Assembly (NCBI RefSeq): GCF_963921235.1
Contig: NC_086097.1
Coordinates: 118,112,001 to 118,176,000, forward strand
Direction of reading: 5' to 3'
Length of the DNA: 64,000 nucleotides
Origin: Mobula hypostoma
Taxonomy: Eukaryota
Every line of letters starts with the position of its first letter. Position 1 is the stretch's first letter. The notes under the pieces are model-generated. The model saw only the letters and a list, made by a program, of their open reading frames with translations. It was not told where the DNA came from and ran no database searches. Position numbers and translations under genes: made by a program. Shown here piece by piece: positions 38,956 to 53,337 of the stretch.

Positions 38956-40871
38956 TGTCAGGCCTACACAGGCAGGCAGCTCTCAGGCTATGTCCACACT
39001 AGACAGGATAAATCCGTAACCGAAGCTTTTTCTCTTCGTTTTGACCCTCCGTCCACACTAAAATGGTGTTTTCCTCCCCCAAAAAATGGAGCTTTTCAAA
39101 AACGCTCCCCAGAGTGAATAAATTTGAAAACGCCTAATGGCCGATGTACTGTGTACGGGTAACCGGCAATTTTTAAAACAGCTGTCATGACGAGCCGGAA
39201 CAGATGGTGACAGCAGCACGGCATTTCATTGTTTTCTTGAACGCAACTTCCAACACCACAACAACAATGGCGGACAGCTTCATGTGTGTGTTGTCTACTC
39301 TATTGTCTATGTTAATTTCAACCCCCCCTCCCCACACAACCTAACAATTTCAGAACAGAGGGCAACGAGACTGAAGCCAGAAGAGTTAGAAATGTACTCA
39401 CCAGATACTTTGACCCATAACTAACTGAATACTGAATAAATAAGTATACTCACTTCACCCTGTTTTCTGTCCTTGCTTGTATGGAGGTGGTTTACCTATT
39501 TACGCAAGTACTTCTCTAACAACAGATGTGTAACAGCCTAATGTAACATTGTATGGAAATACAAGATAACCCTAATGCAGACATGTTTTATACATTTAAC
39601 AAGGTGCTTTTTTAATGTATTACTTGTGCAAACATTCAATAGATGCAATTGTCACTACTTTCAAAATGTCATTTTTAATTAATAGCTTATGTTTGGCAGA
39701 GAAGTGAAAATGTTAAGGTCAAAAAGGAAAATTGTAAGTTTCACTTTTACTCCGGTAAAAATAAAATCGCTTTTGCCCAGTAACTCGTTTTATTGCACAT
39801 CTTAAATACAGCAAAATAATACAGAAAGAGATAGCAAAAGTAAAGGCAAACAAATGAGGTAACAGCAAATTTCACTTTTCCCCAGTAACAAGGTAACAAG
39901 CATTTAGCTGTAGCTGTTGTCAATTTCATCGGTGAACAGACTATGGCTGTTGGAAATGTTTCCAGGATGACCCCTCTGTAAGAGTGGGGAAGATGTTGGT
40001 GGGGCCACCTGAGGATCTGTATGTCCATATGTGTAGCGATTGTAGTGGCTGTGAGGCTGGTATTGTGGCGATGAAAAGTACTGTGGGGGGGGGGGGGAAC
40101 CATCATATTCCTTATCATTGCAAATCCCTCTGCAACAGAGTTAGTCAGTTTTTCAATGTTTGTCATCAGCCGGGTCATACTGTCCGTGAACTCCCTGTCG
40201 GTTGCCTCCATACATTCCAGTATTTGTTTTTTCAGTTTTAAGTCCTCTTGCGCGAGAGCCAGCAGCTGTCCGTCGTTTGGCAATTTCCTTTTAAGTATCT
40301 CTAGTCTGTAACTGGACAAACGCGCACCAAGACTTTCACGACGAAAATCCATACTGAACATGCCGCAGCCATCACCTGTTGCTTGATCCAAACTGCCAGA
40401 GTCAGGCGTACTCGTCGAAGTGGGTGAGTTCTGTAGATGTGTCCTGCTCATGCCCAGTAGGAGGAGATTCGCCCAAATACCCGTTTTAATGTGGACAGAG
40501 GTATTTAGGTATTTTCAAAAATGCCTAGTGTGGATGCCTGTCATTTTTACGTAAAACTGGCGTTTTCAAAATTATCCGGGCTAGTGTGGATGTAGCCTCA
40601 GTCTCCACACAGCTAATAAGGGCCAGCTGCCACTCCTTTCCAACTCGTTACCTGCAGCCTATTTAAACCCAGCTCACATTCCTTGCTTCCCCGTGGAACA
40701 AGCCAGCTTCAACCAGTGCTCCTAGCCTTCAGTTACCTTGTATTGATTCTTTTTTGTTTTGTGGCCCCTTGCAGCTTGTTATTTTGCAGTTTATTATTAA
40801 AGTGAATGCTCACCGCTGAGTCATCTCTGCTTTTCTGTCTTTGGGCTAAGCCTCCTCTACACTTCCTGACA
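38956..40871 (+). mobile_element. Solo LTR (family of 1777-2079) interrupted by a Harbinger element
   Basis: TGTCAGGCC...CTTCCTGACA; flanks CATCC/AATCC (5-bp TSD, 1 mismatch). Confidence 0.75.
38986..40597 (-). mobile_element. PIF/Harbinger-like deletion derivative (1612 bp) retaining a coiled-coil/Pro-rich ORF remnant
   Basis: TIRs GGCTATGTCCACACTAG / CTAGTGTGGATGTAGCC; 3-bp TSD TCA; ORF 39747-40451 resembles the C-terminal half of Harbinger Myb/SANT-type ORFs; no DDE transposase seen. Confidence 0.82.
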
Positions 40872-41629
40872 AATCCAAGAATGTCAGCAAATTCCTGAGA
40901 AAACCAAGTAACAAAATCCAGAGAGATGGACCAAACACAAGGTACAGCATTACTCAGCTGTTAGTTATACAAGTTGGCAGATATTCCTCAGCAATAGTTC
41001 TTTTGAAGTCCAGATACTTTCTATGCCAGAAGAAAGGACCCACGGTGGCAACTTTCAAGTCTATATACAGGGCAATAGATAATTGTATGGTTCCTGATAC
41101 TACACTCTCCCAAATTGAATGAAATTCTTATAAGAACCCACAAAGATTGAGCCTTCACAATATTACAACAGCTGCTGATGGCACAGATTTATTTTGCATG
41201 ACGTCTGCAATCCTAGCAACTGAAATGTAAGACAACAGGACTTTGAAGTTTGCAGTCCGGGTAGTCTGCAAGTTATTAGTGATATAGATTGACATTGCTG
41301 AATATTGTTCTCTTATAAAGAAGACTATTTATGGCAAGAGGGTCTATCCTTAAGAGGGAAGCAGGTCGCTTTCAAGATATTCAGAAGTTTTAGCTTTTGA
41401 GATAAATTGCATGGGTTATGACAGTATAAGACTCAATATATAAATAGCTCTGGCAGAATGAATGTTTAAGGATGAGCTGAATGGCTTAAAGAATTAAAAC
41501 TCAGTAGGACATTTTCAGTCACCTTACAGATATTCAAAAAACATGTTTTCAGACACGATTGTTTAACTACAATGACACCTTCAAAGATTTCATCACTTTC
41601 CAAGCACAGTTACAAATTAAACCCACATC

Positions 41630-41978
41630 ATGAGAATGATACAAGCAATGAAAGGATTAGGTTATGGGGTGGGGTTTGATTGTTTTAGGTCTCCACTCAC
41701 TGGAGTTTAGAAGAATGAGGGAGGATCTCGTTGCAATCTATTGAATATTGAAAGGCCTAGGTAGAGTGGATCTGGAGGGGATGTTTTCTACAGTCAGGGA
41801 GTCTGGGGCCAAAGCATACAGTCTCCAAGTACAGGGATGTCACTTTAGAACAGAGATGAGCAGCAAATTCTTTAGCCAGAGGGTGGTGAATCTGTGGAAT
41901 TCATTGTCACCACAGTCAGCTGTAGAAGCCAAGTCATTGTGTATATTTAAAGCGGATATTGGTGGGTTCTTGATTACG
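41630..41978 (+). mobile_element. CR1 LINE fragment
   Basis: FRTEMSSKFFSQRVVNLWNSL..VEAKSLCIFK. Confidence 0.8.
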
Positions 41979-42855
41979 TAAGAACTTAAGAAATAGGAGC
42001 AGGAGTAGGAGTCTGCTCTGCTATTCAATAAGATCATGGCTGATCTGACCATGGACTCACCTCCACCTACCCCATAACCTTTAATAACCCTACCATGCAA
42101 AAATCTATCCAACCTTGTCTGAAATATATTTTTAATTAGGTAGCCTCCACTGCTACAGTGAGCAGACAATTCCACAAAGTCACCATCCTTTGGGAAAAGC
42201 AGTTCCTCCTAATCTCTGTCCTAAATTTACTCCCCCAAATCTTGAGACTATGTGCCCTATTTCTAGTCTCACCTTTCACTGGAAACAACTTTCCTCTCCC
42301 TATCTTATCTACTACTTTCATAATTTCATATGTTTTTTTATAAGATCTCTTCTTATCCTTCTGAATTCCAGTGAGTACAGTCCCAGGCGACTCAATCTCT
42401 CCTCATATTTCTAACCCCCTCATCTCTGGAATCAACCTGGTGAACCTACTCTGCACTGCCTCCAAAGCCAATATATCCTTCCTCAGGTAAAGAGACCAGG
42501 ACTGCACACAGTACTCCAGGTGCAGCCTTACCAGTACCCTGTACAGTTGCAGTGCAACCTCCTTGCTCTTAAGTTCAATCCCTCTAGCAATGAAGGCCAT
42601 CATTCCATTTGCCTCCTTGATAACCTGCTGCACCTGTGAACCAACCTTTTGTGAATCATGCACAAGCACTCCCAAGTCCCTCTGCACAGCAGCATGCTGC
42701 AATCTTTTACCATTTAAATGATAATCTGACCTTCCATTTTTCCTTCCTAAGTGGATGACCTTGCATTTACTAACATCGTACTCCATCTGCCAGATCCTGG
42801 CCCACTCACTTAACCTATCTATATCTCTCTGTGGACTCTTCGTATCTTCTGCACA
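41979..42855 (-). mobile_element. CR1 LINE 3' fragment
   Basis: SKCKVIHLG..QRDLGVLV..LVRLHLEYCVQSWS. Confidence 0.9.
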
Positions 42856-44041
42856 GGTGGAAATGTTTATGGGGAAAACCAGAAGAATATGGTTGATGGG
42901 GATAATAAATCAGCCATAATAGAATGGACCTGGGCACAATTGGTGAGTTCAAAATGGACAAAATTTTCTAGGGCATAGAAGACTGTCTGTGAAACCAACG
43001 GCCTCTTGATTGCTACAGTTGGTACAGAGGACTTTTGGAGCACTTTGGAGGAAATGGTGCAATAATTTCAACATCATAACCTGACAATCGAATGGTCCCT
43101 TTGTATCGCCAGGGAATGTATACCTTAGTCTAGTGGTGGATGCTGATGGAGGAAAATCTATTAAAGACAAGGCTGTATGTAGTTAAGAAAGCTAAGAGTC
43201 CAGCATGTTACAGATCAATGTTCCTTTCTACAATTATTCAGTATTATTCCTGATTTTTTTCCCTGAATTTCACTCACATCAACTCTGAACTGATTCTTTA
43301 TCCTATGGACTCACTTTCAAGGACTCTACAGCTTATGTTCGCAATAGTATTTATGTACTTATTTATGATTATATTTTTGTATTTGTAGTTTGTCTTCTTT
43401 GTCAGCCTTTGTGTGGAACTTTTCATTACAGTAATTCTATTGTATTTCTTCTACTGTGAACACTCACAAGAAAATTAACCTCATTGTCGTATATAGTGAC
43501 ATATAATTCCTTTGCTAATAGACAAATTAACCTCGAACTTTGACACTGTACTTGTGAATATATTGTATCATTGCACCAATTTACAGTAAGTATAATGGGA
43601 AAAGCAATTGAACCAAAATACGTTATTTGTTCAATGTAAGCAGAGTTTGAGTAGCAAGACTCCTCACTATACAAGCAGAATGCTTCAGTGAGGCTTCCAG
43701 CTGTAGTTTAGACATTACCATCAGCTATGAAATGAATGCAGTTCAGAGACATTCTACAGCATTCTGCATACACTTTACACAAGTAAACAAATCACGAGTT
43801 GAGAAGGTAGTGTTGGCACTCATTTTTGATCTGAGAACATTTGTCACCTCCTACTGGGAAGACTCTTTGCTCTGGATAATGATCATAAACTAGTTTTTCC
43901 AATTGTGAGTCGAAAAGCAACAATTCTGGATGTGCTGTCACAGCATGATTGCATGATTGAATAGTGTTTGCCAGAGCAACATATAATTCTAATAGTGCGT
44001 TCATTATAAAAGCTGAATCATCTGATATTGGTCGAGAAATG

Positions 44042-45040
44042 TTCAAAGTTCAAAGTAAATGTTATTATCAAAGGACATCTCCATCACCATATACAACCCT
44101 GTGATTCATTTTCATATGGGCATACTCAATAAATCTGTAGTACAATAACCATAACAGAACCAATGAAAGATAACCCAACTAGGGTATTCAACCAGAATGT
44201 AGAAGACAACAAACAATATAAATACAAAAAGAAGAAATAATAATAATAAATAAATAAGAAATAATTATTGACAACACGAGGTGAAGAGTCATTGAAAGTG
44301 AGCCCACAGGTTGTGGGAACATTTCAATGATGCAGCAAATGAGCTGAATGAAGTTATCCCAATTGGTTCAAGAGCCTGATGGCTGAGGGCTAATAACTGT
44401 TCTTAAACATGGGTGTGTGAGTCCTGAGGTTCTTGTTGCTTCTACTTAATAGTACCAGAAAAAAAAGAGCGTGTCCTGGATGGTAGGGGTCCCTGATGAA
44501 TGATGCTACATTCCTTCAACATCCTTTCATGTTGATGTGCTCAATGGTTGGGAAGGCTTTACCCATGATGGACTGGCTATATCCAGTACTTTTTGTAGGA
44601 TTTTCTGTTCAAGGGCATTTCCATACCAGGCTGTGATGCAGCCAGTCAATATACTCTTCACCACGCATCAATAGAGGTTTGTCGAAGTTTTAGATGTTAT
44701 GCCAAATCTCCACAAGCTCCTAAGGAAGTAGAGACACTGCCACACTTTCTTTGTAATTGCTGGGCCCAGGATAAGTCCACTGAAATAACAACACCTAAAA
44801 ATTTAAAGTTGCTCACCTTCTTCACCTCTGATCTTCTAATGAAGACTCACTCATGGACCTGTTGTTTCCTTCTCCTGAAGTCTATAGTCAGTTTACTGGT
44901 CTTGCTAACATTGGTAGTTGTTGGTAGTTGTTATGAAATCGATCAACTAGATCTTCATCTCCCTTCCAAATGCTGATTCATCACAACATTAACCTAGCCA
45001 ACGACAGCAGTGTCATCAGGAAACTTGAATATGGCATTGG
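44042..45040 (-). mobile_element. Rex1/Babar LINE 3' fragment
   Basis: Minus strand KFPDDTAVV, NFKFLG, VVKSILTGCITAWYG; tail TTTGAACTTTGAA. Confidence 0.75.
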
Positions 45041-45123
45041 CACTGTTCGCCAATGCAATTGAGAGATGAGGATTTCTGCAGCACAGGTGAATAGATTGCT
45101 CGAGCAGTTCAGAAACCAAGGTA

Positions 45124-45728
45124 CACTCTGTGCCCACTTTATTATATACTTCCTGTACCTAATAAAGTGGCCACCAAGTGTATGTTACAGGTCTTTTGTT
45201 GCTGTAGCCCATCCACTTCAAGGTTTGACGTGTTGTGCATTCAGAGATGCTCTTTTGCACAGCACCTTTGTAATGCGTGTTAATGTGAGTTATTGCTGCC
45301 TTCTGTCAACTTGAACCAGTCTGGCCATTCTCCTGTGATCTTTCTCTTTAAGAAGACATTTTTTCCCCACAGAACTGCCACTCACTGGGTGGTTATTATT
45401 TCTTCCACCATCCTCTGTGTAGACTCTAGAGATGGTTGTGTGTGAAAATCCTAGGAGAGCAGCAGTTTCTGAGATACTCAAACCACCCTGTCTGGCACTA
45501 ACGATCACTCCCACATTGAAAGTAATTTAGATCACATTTCTTCACCATGTCTGCAAGCGTTTATGCACTGAGTTGCTGCCACATGATTGGCTCATTAGAT
45601 ATTTGTGTTAATGAATAGTTGTTTAGTTGCTCCTAATAAAGTGGCCAAGGAGTGTAGATTGGCTCATTAGATATTTGTGTTAATGAATAATTGTTTAGTT
45701 GCTCCTAATAAAGTGGCCAAGGAGTGTA
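45124..45728. mobile_element. Non-autonomous Tc1-like element with a 72-bp tandem duplication of its right end
   Basis: Homologous to 17217-17657; remnant GLSISETAALLGFSHTTISRVY (HTH); 45585-45656 repeated at 45657-45728. Confidence 0.8.
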
Positions 45729-48094
45729 GACCTATAAATGTTGCAGTGTATCTTGGAAGAGGGATAGAAATACAGCAATAAAGCAAAAGGCGATGGCCAG
45801 AAGCAAAGAAAAGCAATTTAAACAAAGAAATAGAATCTCCAGATTAATGATCAAAGAATTTGAAGTCCACAATCCAAAAAGGTGTTTAGTATGCCTTAGG
45901 TGCAGGTCAGAAATGTCCAGGTTGATCAGATGATCACAGGAACAGACAACTCTGAACATGCTGAAATGACGTGGGATGATGAATCTATTTTTGATGATTC
46001 CAAGGAATTAATTATTGTTCAAGAGTCACAGAACTGTGATGAGTTAAGCCAAGGGGCTGCAATTTCTACTTTTTAAAAGTATTAATGCAATGTCAAAGAC
46101 ATGTCCGTGGCTGAGGAGGTCAGACCAAGTACCAAATGACAAACTCAATGTTTAATAACTCTGCATACATCTAAGACGTGTTCACTTATTTTTAAAGTGG
46201 AAAATATTATGATGTCTTTCTAGGCAATATGCAAACAAGTTGCCTAATAATAAAAGGTAATGATTTTTATTATATATTTATAGGATGCAAGTATCACCTA
46301 CTCAACTGGAAACCCCCATTTCATTTGTCTGTTTTGTGCATTTTTAATAACCCAGATAAAACATATCCTAAACTGGACACAGTCCTCTTAAAATCCACCG
46401 CAGTTAAAATGGCAGCCATAAATAAAGCAATTAGACTAAGAAGATCAGCATTAAGTGGTTTAATTTGGCTAACAGGAAAATTTACCACTGAGATAAATTT
46501 CATGAAGCCTTGTAATTACATAATGCAATCATAAAGGCTCAAGGAAACAGAACAGTTTAAACATTTATAAACTACAATATTGTCCAAGCAAATCAGCTGC
46601 AAACAATACATGGTGTTGGAATTACCTGAAAAATTAATGATGTATGAAGAACACTTGCTGTAATTAATATGCAAATTGACCAGCAGTTTGCAGTGCAGAC
46701 TAGATACCCCTTGAATTACAAATCACCACAAATTGGTGTAGGATTGTGTCTTTCTAAAACATGCATATTTTCCTACTTTTCTCGTCTTTTCTTAATTCAG
46801 CCTTTCAATATATCTCTTTATTTATCATACCTTAATACATTTGTCATTGAACTTATTAATGCTATTTCACCTTCTTTCTGCATCTTGCCCCTCTTTGTTT
46901 TTCAGTGTTTAAAAGTTCAATGGTTAATGATACACTGTAAATTCCATTGCTCCCTCCAATCTGAGAAATTCTTCTTCCTTCTGTGCCTCATTTTGTCAGC
47001 TCAGGCTTCCAGAATGAGGCAGGACAAAATATTACGGGATTAAGGTGGCAGGAAAAACGTCAAAATAACGAGGCATGCAAATCATCCAGCAATAATCATT
47101 AACACATCTCCCTTTCACAGGATAAACATGTGGTCAAAGTCCATGAAGGCAGTTCTTTAAATAGCATATCTCAGTATTTCTATTACTGGTCTGGAATTGC
47201 TCAATTTACCTCACCCTCCTTAATCACCTGTCTGACAGGAATTCTTTCTTGCAGTCATAGACATCACTACATCCTCTCACATTAGCACTTCAAGTTAGAC
47301 ACCCACATGCTGAAGCTTGCAAATACTGAGTCATTCAGCCTTGACAGTCACATCCTCCAATTAAAGTCACAGACGGAGGGCATTGTGGCTTCTGCCAAGA
47401 TACTGGACATTCATCAGAACAATTTTCTGCCTTTGATCACTCTTTAATTGGACAGAAAATGGCAGAGGTCATATGTATGTTGCTTTGTAAATTTGCTTTG
47501 AAACTTGTAGCATCCTAAGAAACTTGTTACATGCTCACCAATAATAATTTTAAAATTTAACAACTAAGTTAAATCTTTTATTTATGTTTTATTTATGAAT
47601 TGTTTTGTTTGAAGCACTCTAAAGCAATTTGATTTGTCATACAGAAGTTATTCTATGGAGCAGACTCGAAATAGCCTAATTCTGCTCCTATATCTTATGG
47701 TCTTTTGATCAGTGATAGTTGGAAAATAGCTGAGACATGGTGTTACGATAATCCTTGCAATTTATCTGAAACTTGATCTTCACAAGATTAAGTTTCTTAA
47801 TGCACGTGCAAAGGATGATAGTTCCTGTTTAAACAGTCCCCTGGTGTCATTTGATTGGATAATTTCATGCTCCTGCCATGACTTTTTTTCTTGTAGCCCC
47901 AAGGGGGAGGCTTGAGGCACTTCCCTATCACTCCATCTTGGGCCAGGAATTCCCACAACTAGTAAGAATGCTGTATTTTTCCACGGAAGCTTTCAGAATG
48001 TCCTTGAATTACTTTCACCGTCCGCAAAGATTGCTTGCAGTAACAGAGCCTGAAATAGAATGCTTGATACAAAGGAGGTGAGGGAGGTATGTGG

Positions 48095-48800
48095 AATGTT
48101 AGCTTCAACGGCCGAGGCACTCTGTGCAGAGTGTTGATTGGGCCACACTTGAAGTACTGTGTGCAGTCTGGCCGCCCACTACCGTATAGGAAGTGTCTTA
48201 CTAGGCTAAAGAGAATGCACTAAATACTTACAAGGATGTTGTTAGGATTAGAGGGATCAAATTTATGAGGAGAAATTTTAATAATTCGGTTTATTTTCTG
48301 GGGAGCAAAGGAGTCTGAGAAATGACATGATAGAGGTACATACATAAATCATGAGAGACATGGACAGGATATATAGCCAGAGTCTGTACCTCAAGCAAGG
48401 GAGCATAGGTTGAAAGTGGGAGTGAGTCGGTTTAAAAAGGATTGGAAGGGTAATTTTTCATGCAAAGAGTAGATGTATCTGGAATGAGTTAGCAAGGAGT
48501 TGAGTGAAAGCAGGAACAATTACATTATTTAGGAGAACTCGAACAAAAATTATACCAGTGCCTAAACTGAGCTTCCTTAACAACTATTGTCCACTAGCAC
48601 TCACATCTACGGTGATGAAATGCTTTGAGAGGTTGGACATGGCTAGAATCAACACTTGTCTCAGGAAGGACCTGGACTCACTGGAATCTGCCTATCACTA
48701 CAATAGGTCTACAGCAGATATGATCTCAATGGCTTTCCACGTGGCCTTGGATCATCTTGACTATGCAAATACCGAAGTCAGGGTGCTTCTATTGACTAAA
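48095..48800 (+). mobile_element. CR1 fragment followed by a Rex1 RT fragment
   Basis: PHLKYCVQ; then IIPVPK..NNYCPLALTSTVMKCFERL. Confidence 0.7.
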
Positions 48801-50529
48801 TTCCAAAACAGTGAATATTTTTTTCCAGATTCTTAATGACAGAAGATTTATAATAATGTATTTATAAATCATAATATTTATAATATATTTTATACATTTT
48901 CCTCGTCATTTTAGAAACATGAAAAGACAACAATTCTCTTGTTAAATGCAGTGAAGCTGAGTTACTCATCAATGGAATTTCTCTGCAGAGTCTCATCACA
49001 CATGCTTAACAAAAGGTTAAACATTATATCGCAATCTTGATATAATTTAAAATTCAAAGACCAAATTACTAAACTACGCTTATGATGAGGAATAATTCAA
49101 TGTAAAAACTGACCACTATTCCTGATGTCTATTTCCCTCTAGACCCATTCACCTGCTTGTTCATAGTATCCTCCAATAGTCTTTAATGTCAAGCCGTGTC
49201 CAAATCCCTCTTTCAGAATCATCTTGAGTGCAAAAGTCAAAGTCAAAGTAAATTTATCATTAACATTCATATATGTCACCATAAACTACCATGAGATTAA
49301 TTTTCTTGCAGGCATTCACAGTAGAACAAAGAAATGTAACAGAATCAATGAAAAACAACACTCAAAGACTGACAAACAACCAATATGCAACGGAAAACAA
49401 ACTAAAATTACAAAAGCAAAACAAAACAAAATAATAATAATAATAATAATAGTAACCAGGCCTACACAGAAATATCTATGTAAATCTTCAGAAAGCCAAA
49501 ATACTAAACATCACTAAAATAGTCTGCAAGTTCCTAACAATTGAGAAATAAGTGTGCCTAGTTATGTCGGTATCTCAGGATTTACCAGCTTGAGCTGAGA
49601 AAAAGTGAAAATATAATATTAATAGTAATAAAGAAGTAAATAAATAATACTGAGGTACAGTGATATTCATAGTAACATCTTTTGTAGTCAAGAATTTTAT
49701 CTCTTTGATTATTATTTTTTTCTTATCTGCACTTTCATGTGCAACTTGCTACTTACAATTTTAATTGCTCAACAATGAATGGGAACAAAGTTAATTGTTG
49801 TTTGCATTAAAGACCATTCAGTGACAGACTTATTTTCTGTGTGGCCTCTGTGGAGGAGGAAGGAGGAATATCTCAAGAAATTGCTGACTGTCTAATGATG
49901 GCAACAGATTGGACTTTGAATTAAATGTGGTAGTCCAGGTAGTACTGAGCTTTGTTACCTCACCACCATGGAGGCCAGTTCTAAAAGCACTAAGCCCTTG
50001 GTAACAGTTACCAGCTGATTGTCCAAGAGAAAATCATCAGTGACACCTACCACTAACCTGATTAATTTATCCCAAGGAGTCACTGGTAATCCAGCCCTTG
50101 CATGAAGTGCAGCCTCAGCTATAACTCTTTCTGCTGCTTTATTCTTTGCTCTTTAATCTTGCAGTGTCAATATTCACTGGTATTACTTGTGGTCCCCAGC
50201 TCCAGCTGCGTTGGAGACATAATAGACCATAGGTACTGGAACCAGGAGCAAAAATAAAGGAATGGCTGGAGGAACTGAGCAAGCCAGGCAGCTTCTGTAG
50301 AGGCAAGAAGGTCAGGACTCTGTATCAGCATTAAAGGTCAGTTATTTTTGCAATCAAACATTAAAAAAAGGATTACTTACTGCATTACAAAAGGAAGCAA
50401 ATTGGTCTATCAGGTCCATGCTACCTCATAGCAGAGCAATTCCATTCCTCTTCTTATTTCCCTCCTTCACTCCCATGTGACATATTCTTCTTTTCACGAG
50501 CCTTTTAACGTCCCTTTTTGATTTTTTTT

Positions 50530-51775
50530 GTCACTAACCGTCACTAAGTCAAATTTGGTCAGATTGTGTTTGGAGTATTTTGAGCAGTTTTGTGCCTCAT
50601 ATGTCAGAAAGGGTGAACTGGCATTGGAGAGACTCCATGGGAGGTTCACACAAATAATCTTGGGAATGAAAGGGTTAAGCTTTGAGGAGTGTTTGATGGC
50701 TCTGAGCCTGTACTCTCTGATGTTTAGAACGTAGAGCAACAAATAAAGAAAAAGAAGCTGGGGGCCAGAGGAGTTTCTGAAAGGGCTATGATAATTTTAC
50801 TATATTCTATATATATTCATCACTTGAAGCAACAGCACTCCGATATGAAATTTTGGTTCAGAGGTCTGTTGGAGTTGCACATTCCAGACTAGGTTGGGGA
50901 TCCATTTGGGGTGAATGTGAATGATGTTTGACACCACATTGCAAGAATGTCTTACTGAGATGCAAAGTGATATAACAGCTCAAGCAAAATTCAAACGCAG
51001 CAAGCAAAGTTTCTGGATAACTAATGATATTCAAAATAAGTTTTCACAGATCTGGGAGAAAGCAAATTTGTTTTTACTTAGATTTCCCACCTCTAATCTA
51101 GTTGAATGTATTTTTAGTTAAGCCCTTCACCTGTTCATAACCATACTGATGCTGTGATAAGAGGTGATCTTCAATTATCTTTAACCAAGCAGCAAACAGG
51201 TATTCAAAAACTCACGAGTTTGCATCAGATACAGGGGTCTCTCAAAGTACCTAAAGTAATGATATCAAGTATGTTTATCTTGAAAGTTGGAAGAATACGA
51301 TATGGATGATAAATAAAGTATTGATTTAGTTTTATTTTAGCAACTAACAGAGACCATGAAGGGTGGGTTCCGGAGAGGTAAATGAAACTCAAAAGAGACT
51401 CATGAGCAGAAGAAAATTGATAACTACTGGTTTAGAAAAAATGGGGGTGGGGGGGAGGTGATCTCATTGAAACCTACCGAATAGTGAAAGGCCTGGATAG
51501 AGTGGACGTGGAGAGGATGTTTCCACTTGTGGGAGCGCCTCAGACCAGAGAGCACAGGCTCAAAACAGGACATCCCTTTAGAACAGAGATGAAGATCAGA
51601 GGGTTGTGAATCTATTGAATACATTGTCACAGATGGCTGTAGAGGCCAAGTCATTGGGTATATTTTAAGTGGAGAGAAGAGTGTCGAAAGGGAAACTAAG
51701 TCAGCTATGATCAAATGGCAGAGTAAATTTGATGGGTCAACTGGCCTAATTCTGCTCCTATGAATTATTGTCTAA
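50530..51775 (+). mobile_element. CR1 LINE 3' fragment split by a hAT element
   Basis: LVRLCLEYFEQF..ALSLYSLMFR, resuming after 51430 with DLIETYRIVKGLDRVD. Confidence 0.8.
50730..51429 (+). mobile_element. hAT (Charlie-like) DNA transposon remnant
   Basis: 8-bp TSD GTTTAGAA (50722-50729, 51430-51437); hAT dimerisation-like FWIT..IWEKANLFLLRFPTSNLVE..FS; degenerate right TIR. Confidence 0.75.
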
Positions 51776-52116
51776 TATCCTTACCTATAAGCATGCCTTT
51801 GGGACGTGATGGGAAACTAGAGCTCCTGCCAGACTTCACTGTGTAAATGTGTGTATTCCACACAATCCACACCCTATGTCAGGGTCAAACACTGGTCCCT
51901 GGCTCTATGAAGGAACAACCTTAACTAGAGTGCCATCATATCTGCCCTTAACATTATTCAGAAAACCTCCTAGCATAAAAAGCAAACTCTAGGCAGTAGT
52001 ATTTTGAACAAGCCTTTTCCAACTTGTGGATAAGAAAGCAACTGTGAAAACTGAATATTTATTGGAGAATTTGCATGATTCTTGATCAACCCCGTGAATT
52101 GCTGTTTTCTTCTCAC

Positions 52117-52232
52117 CTTAGTTCCCTTGGCAAGGACCCTGGGAAACTTGAGAATGAACTGCTTAGTTGAAAATTGGTTCCAAATGAGAGATTATTACAT
52201 GTTATTAGGCAACGTGCTTCTCTTGAGAGCTT
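52117..52232 (-). CDS. Candidate host exon, 116 nt, phase 0 to 2 (KLSREARCLITCNNLSFGTNFQLSSSFSSFPGSLPREL(R))
   Basis: Acceptor GTGCTGTTTCCATAG, donor AAG|GTGAGA, single open frame in unique sequence. Confidence 0.35.
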
Positions 52233-53337
52233 CTATGGAAACAGCACAACATGCAGAGATGAACGTGGAAGTCCATCTGCCATGAAATTGATTCACTTAG
52301 AGCTCTGCTTTTCCGCACCATATGATTCAACTTCAATAAAAGTTTAATTGCAAAGGAAGATGGCCGTGCTCACTGTGAATTGTACAAAGTTTCTGATTCT
52401 TATTCAGGCCCTCTGAGTTCAAATTTCAAAGTAAATTTATTATCAAAGAATGGATATGTCACCATATACTACACTGAGATCCATTTTCTTGTGGGCATTC
52501 ACAGTAGAACAAAGATATTAAAAAAACACAGTGGAAAAACTATGCACAAAGATTGACAAACAACCGAAGTGCAAAAGAAGACAAACTGTGCAAATACGAA
52601 TATAATAAAACAATCAATCAATCAATCAATCATATTATGAACATAAGTTTTAGAGCCTTGAAAATTAATGCAATGGTTGTGGAATCAGTTCAGTGTTGAG
52701 GTGAGAGAAGTTATCCACAGTGGTTCAGGAGCCTGATGGCTGTAGGGTAATAACTGTTCCTGAACCTGGTGGTTTGGGACCTAAGACCTCCAGCAGACAA
52801 TGGGTGGTGAGAAGGATGTCTGATCGTCCAGTTTGGAGGGGCACTGTATTTCACAGTAGCCTAGAATTCATGTCTACATACTATTTCTGAGATTTTGGCT
52901 CACTTCTTCTTGGCCCATGGATAGTACTGTTCACCCAGGGCTTCATAGCTCAGGCAGGACGAGTCATAGAGTCATACAACACATCCAGTCCATGCCAAGC
53001 TATTATTCTGCCTAGTCCCATCGCTTTCACCTGGACCATAACATTCCCAAACTTCTTTTGAATGTTGAAATCAAATCTGCATCCGCCGCTTCTGCTAGTA
53101 ACTCATTTGAAATGCTTGTTAGAGTGAGTTTTTGGGTAGATGATTAATTTACACTTAAATGACTCTGGCCACCAGTCTTTTATTTGACAAAGTACTGCGG
53201 ATTGAGTTCACAACAATGCATTTCCTAAAAGCTGTGAATATCGGGATACTAGCCAGACTCTGCAAATGGAAGTGTGAAGTTTACAGGTAGTTTCAAAGAC
53301 AGTATTATCTATACTTTATAATATTAATTGTCTTCTA

